Shown: piece after piece, positions 61,038 through 64,000 of the stretch
Layout of the letters: every line of letters begins with the position of its first letter
How positions within the stretch are numbered: the stretch's first letter is position 1
Source of the DNA: an uncultured bacterium
Lineage (GTDB): Bacteria > T1Sed10-126
Reading direction: 5' to 3'
Length of the DNA: 64,000 nt
NCBI GenBank assembly: GCA_964631325.1
Contig: CAZVWJ010000001.1
Coordinates: 31,075 to 95,074 of the forward strand
Position numbers and translations under genes: made by a program
The notes under the pieces: generated by a model
Told to the model about the DNA's origin: nothing
Databases searched by the model: none
Seen by the model: only the letters and a program-made list of their open reading frames with translations

Positions 61038-62312
61038 TTAAATCCCTACCTTTCGAGCAAATAATCTCCCATTTTCCGAAGCTTCAAAATCAACTTTGAC
61101 TGATTCTCCCCGGCAACAGTCACCAGTTACCCAAACGGGAAAATAACGCTCACTGTATCCAAACCACTGGCCGGAACTGAGCTTTTTCTCAACTACTACC
61201 TCGCCCCGGCGACCGACCAAGTTTTGTGCAAATTCATTCGCCATGCTCTTTCCCTTTTCGCGTAGTTTTTTACTTCGCACTTTCGCAGTCCGAGAATGGA
61301 CTTTATCCTCCATCCCGGCCGCCGGCGTACCCGGACGTTCACTGTATCTAAAAACATGCAAATTGGCCAACCTCAACTCATCCACTAAAGCAACCGTTGC
61401 TTCAAAATCTTTTTTTGTTTCCCCGGGGAACCCGACCATTAAATCGGAATTCAAGGAAAATTGTGGATCGATTTCATAACATTTATCCCCAATTTCCAGT
61501 AGTTTCTCACGTCGGTATTTTCGACCCATCCTTTTCAAAATTCTGTCTGAGCCACTCTGCAACGGCAAAAACAGATGATTACAAAAAACTTCAGTTTTCC
61601 CCACCAGATCAATTATTTGCGGTGATACGTCCTGGGGTTCCAATGAACTCAGCCGGATTCGGCAATCCGGATCAATTCGGGCTATTTCAGCTAATAATTT
61701 TTGTAAATTAAAATCATCTTTACGTTCTTCACCATACGCTCCCAAATGAGCGCCGGTAAGCACAATTTCATTGTAATCCCCCTCTTGAGTCATTTTTTCT
61801 ACATCAGCCTTTATTTTCCCTGGATCTCGGCTCCATAATTCCGGACGGACATACGGTACGATACAATAAGTACAAAACTCCTGACATCCATCCTGGATTT
61901 TATAAAATTTTCTTGTATTAAACTCTTCCCCGTTCAACCGGTTCTCCGGCCCACCAGGGCGGTAATTAGTCTCCAAATACGAGGGGACCTGCTCTTTTTC
62001 ACCATCGGGAAATACAGTATCCACTTCAGGTAAAACTTCTTTCACTCGGCCGGCGAGATGTTTAGCGTAACAACCGGTAAAGATGATTTCAGTCCCGGTG
62101 TGTTTCCGCCGGATTCGCCGAACATTTTTTCGCAATTTCGCCGCTGCCTGACTGGTTACACAACAACTGTTCGCCACATAAGCGACAGGAGAGCTACCAC
62201 CTTCTCTGATGCCTTCACTTATCCTGAATCCCCGTTCAACAAGCTGCCTTTTTAAACTCTCCCCCTCGGCCTGGTTCAACTGACAGCCAAACGATTTCAC
62301 AGCTACTAACAT
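61038..62312 (-). CDS. mtaB: tRNA t6A37 methylthiotransferase
   Basis: SFGCQLN, NSCCVT, IQDGCQEFCTYCIVP radical-SAM motif, TRAM-like end. Confidence 0.9.
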   Translation of the reverse strand: MLVAVKSFGCQLNQAEGESLKRQLVERGFRISEGIREGGSSPVAYVANSCCVTSQAAAKLRKNVRRIRRKHTGTEIIFTGCYAKHLAGRVKEVLPEVDTVFPDGEKEQVPSYLETNYRPGGPENRLNGEEFNTRKFYKIQDGCQEFCTYCIVPYVRPELWSRDPGKIKADVEKMTQEGDYNEIVLTGAHLGAYGEERKDDFNLQKLLAEIARIDPDCRIRLSSLEPQDVSPQIIDLVGKTEVFCNHLFLPLQSGSDRILKRMGRKYRREKLLEIGDKCYEIDPQFSLNSDLMVGFPGETKKDFEATVALVDELRLANLHVFRYSERPGTPAAGMEDKVHSRTAKVRSKKLREKGKSMANEFAQNLVGRRGEVVVEKKLSSGQWFGYSERYFPVWVTGDCCRGESVKVDFEASENGRLFARKVGI

Positions 62313-62482
62313 TTTCTCATTTTCACCGGCAGAGGCTAAATTCCTTTCTTAACTCAGAAAATTTTTCCTGTATTTTTCTCTGTATAGACGGTAATATTAT
62401 ATCAAAATAAGTAAAAAGATTGTGGCTGGTTTTAACCTTATTATTTCCATATACATTATAATCATTTGAGAGGTGAAAAAAT

Positions 62483-63202
62483 CTGTTTAATAAAACAGCT
62501 TTAATTACCGGAGCTTCCCGGGGACTGGGTCAACATATAAGCCGCCGGTTAACAAAATACGGTTTTAACACCCTGCTGGCCGCCCGTGATATGGATAAGC
62601 TGAACGAACTGGCCAATGAGTTTAACAAACAAGAACCCGGAGATAGTATCGCTCTGCCAATTGATTTCCACAAGCCGGATTCCCTGCGGGATATCTCCCA
62701 CGCCGTTCCCAAACAGTGGCCTCCTATTTCAGTTCTGATAAACAACGCGGGTTATTATTCCCCCGCCCCGCTGGAACAAACTGAACTTTCAGATTTTCAA
62801 AAACACATGGAGGTTAACTGCCAGGGGCCGTTTATTCTTCTGCGAGAGCTGGCACCGGAAATGGCTGAACGGGGCGAAGGTTTTGTCGCTAATATACTCG
62901 CCACCGGGGCGCTGGAAGGTCAATCCGAGCACTCTGCCTTCAATGCTTCAAAATTTGCTCTCCGAGGACTTTCTCTTAGTCTAACCGAAGAGTTCCAGGA
63001 CAGAGGTGTCCATATCACGGCAATTACAGTTAACGGAGAAATCGATAGCCCAAAAAAACGTGAACAATACCCGGCTCGAGATCCTGCTACCTTGATCAGT
63101 CCTGATTCTATTGCGGAAGAAATTATACATCTCTACGAACAACCCCGGGATGCTTGGACCCGCGAGTTGGATCTTCATCCCCGAAAAGAATACCCGGCTT
63201 AA
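62483..63202 (+). CDS. Short-chain dehydrogenase/reductase (likely CTG start)
   Basis: In-frame upstream ALITGASRGLG motif, NNAG, FNASKF; GAGGTG RBS 7 nt before CTG. Confidence 0.85.
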   Translation: MFNKTALITGASRGLGQHISRRLTKYGFNTLLAARDMDKLNELANEFNKQEPGDSIALPIDFHKPDSLRDISHAVPKQWPPISVLINNAGYYSPAPLEQTELSDFQKHMEVNCQGPFILLRELAPEMAERGEGFVANILATGALEGQSEHSAFNASKFALRGLSLSLTEEFQDRGVHITAITVNGEIDSPKKREQYPARDPATLISPDSIAEEIIHLYEQPRDAWTRELDLHPRKEYPA

Positions 63203-63206
63203 GCAC

Positions 63207-64000
63207 TTGGAAACTGATATCAACTTTTTCAATGAAAACTGTCTGGAGGGAATGGGAAAAGAACTGGCTCAAGAAAGTGTAGATCTGGTCGTCACCTCGC
63301 CTCCTTACAACCTTGATATAGACTATAATCTTTACGATGATTCTGAATCCAGACAGAGCTATTTACAGTGGATAAAAGACTGGGGCAAAGAAATATATAA
63401 TATTCTGGACGAAGACGGCTCTATCTTTCTCAACCTGGGCTCTAAACCATCCGACCCCTGGGGGCCACACGAAGTTATTTTTGAACTGCGTGAATTATTT
63501 GAATTACAAAATGAAATTCACTGGGTAAAATCCATTGCCATCCAACAGAAAAGCTACGAAAAAGAAGTAAAAACTAATGTTGGCCACTATAAACCGATAA
63601 ACAGCGATCGTTATCTAAACCAGTGTCACGAATACATCTTCCACCTGACCAAAAACGGTGACGTTGAACTTGACCGGCTGGCAATCGGCGTCCCCTACAA
63701 GGATAAATCCAACGTCGGCCGCTGGGATTCGGCTGACGCGGACCTGCGCTGTCGGGGTAATGTCTGGTTTATTCCCTACGAGACCATTCAGGATCGAGAC
63801 AACCAGCGCCCCCACCCGGCCAGTTTCCCCGTCCAACTCGCGGAAATGGCAATGAAACTACACGGGCGCGACAAAATCGACCTCGCCCTCGATCCTTTCC
63901 TCGGCATCGGTAACAGTGCTATTGCCGCCGAAAAATTGGGCGTTGATTTCGTCGGGTTTGAAATTGACGAAGAATACCTCGACATCGCCCGTTCCCGCCT
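63207..64000 (+). CDS. Beta-class DNA (N4-C/N6-A) methyltransferase, runs off the window
   Basis: Manual translation: DLVVTSPPYN (motif IV), HPASFP, DPFLGIG (motif I), GFEIDEEY. Confidence 0.9.
   Translation, partial: METDINFFNENCLEGMGKELAQESVDLVVTSPPYNLDIDYNLYDDSESRQSYLQWIKDWGKEIYNILDEDGSIFLNLGSKPSDPWGPHEVIFELRELFELQNEIHWVKSIAIQQKSYEKEVKTNVGHYKPINSDRYLNQCHEYIFHLTKNGDVELDRLAIGVPYKDKSNVGRWDSADADLRCRGNVWFIPYETIQDRDNQRPHPASFPVQLAEMAMKLHGRDKIDLALDPFLGIGNSAIAAEKLGVDFVGFEIDEEYLDIARSR

Overview
64 kb bacterial chromosomal window, apparently from a flagellated diderm (flgH/flgI present) whose core gene order resembles Firmicutes and whose proteins are often acidic. Most of it is housekeeping. A long minus-strand run from about 62.3 kb to 24.7 kb holds mtaB, thiO-like/thiS/thiG, an imuB-like gene, rsmI, tsaC, an LMW phosphatase, a fused rpiB-upp, a complete F1Fo atp operon, ispE, spoVG, rpmE, prfA, prmC, murA, flgFGAHIJ and cysE. 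The left part holds carD-like, topA, prfC, aroC and an unlisted rubredoxin. The main accessory region is a mosaic island at about 10.8-20.2 kb. It carries a hipBA module with three 28-bp-phased operators, followed directly by a closely overlapping four-gene SMC operon: kleisin-like, kite-like, a short 935-aa MksB-type SMC ATPase, and a Toprim nuclease with an atypical N-terminus. After that come a broken 5'-nucleotidase-C-domain gene and an orphan wHTH gene. Intergenic regions contain at least two families of small hairpin-rich repeats: a TIR-bounded MITE-like element and a modular REP-like family. Other oddities are likely non-AUG starts, homopolymer frameshifts, several apparent pseudo-enzymes and an orphan beta-class DNA methyltransferase at the right edge. 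All family assignments come from motif recognition by eye; no database searches were run.
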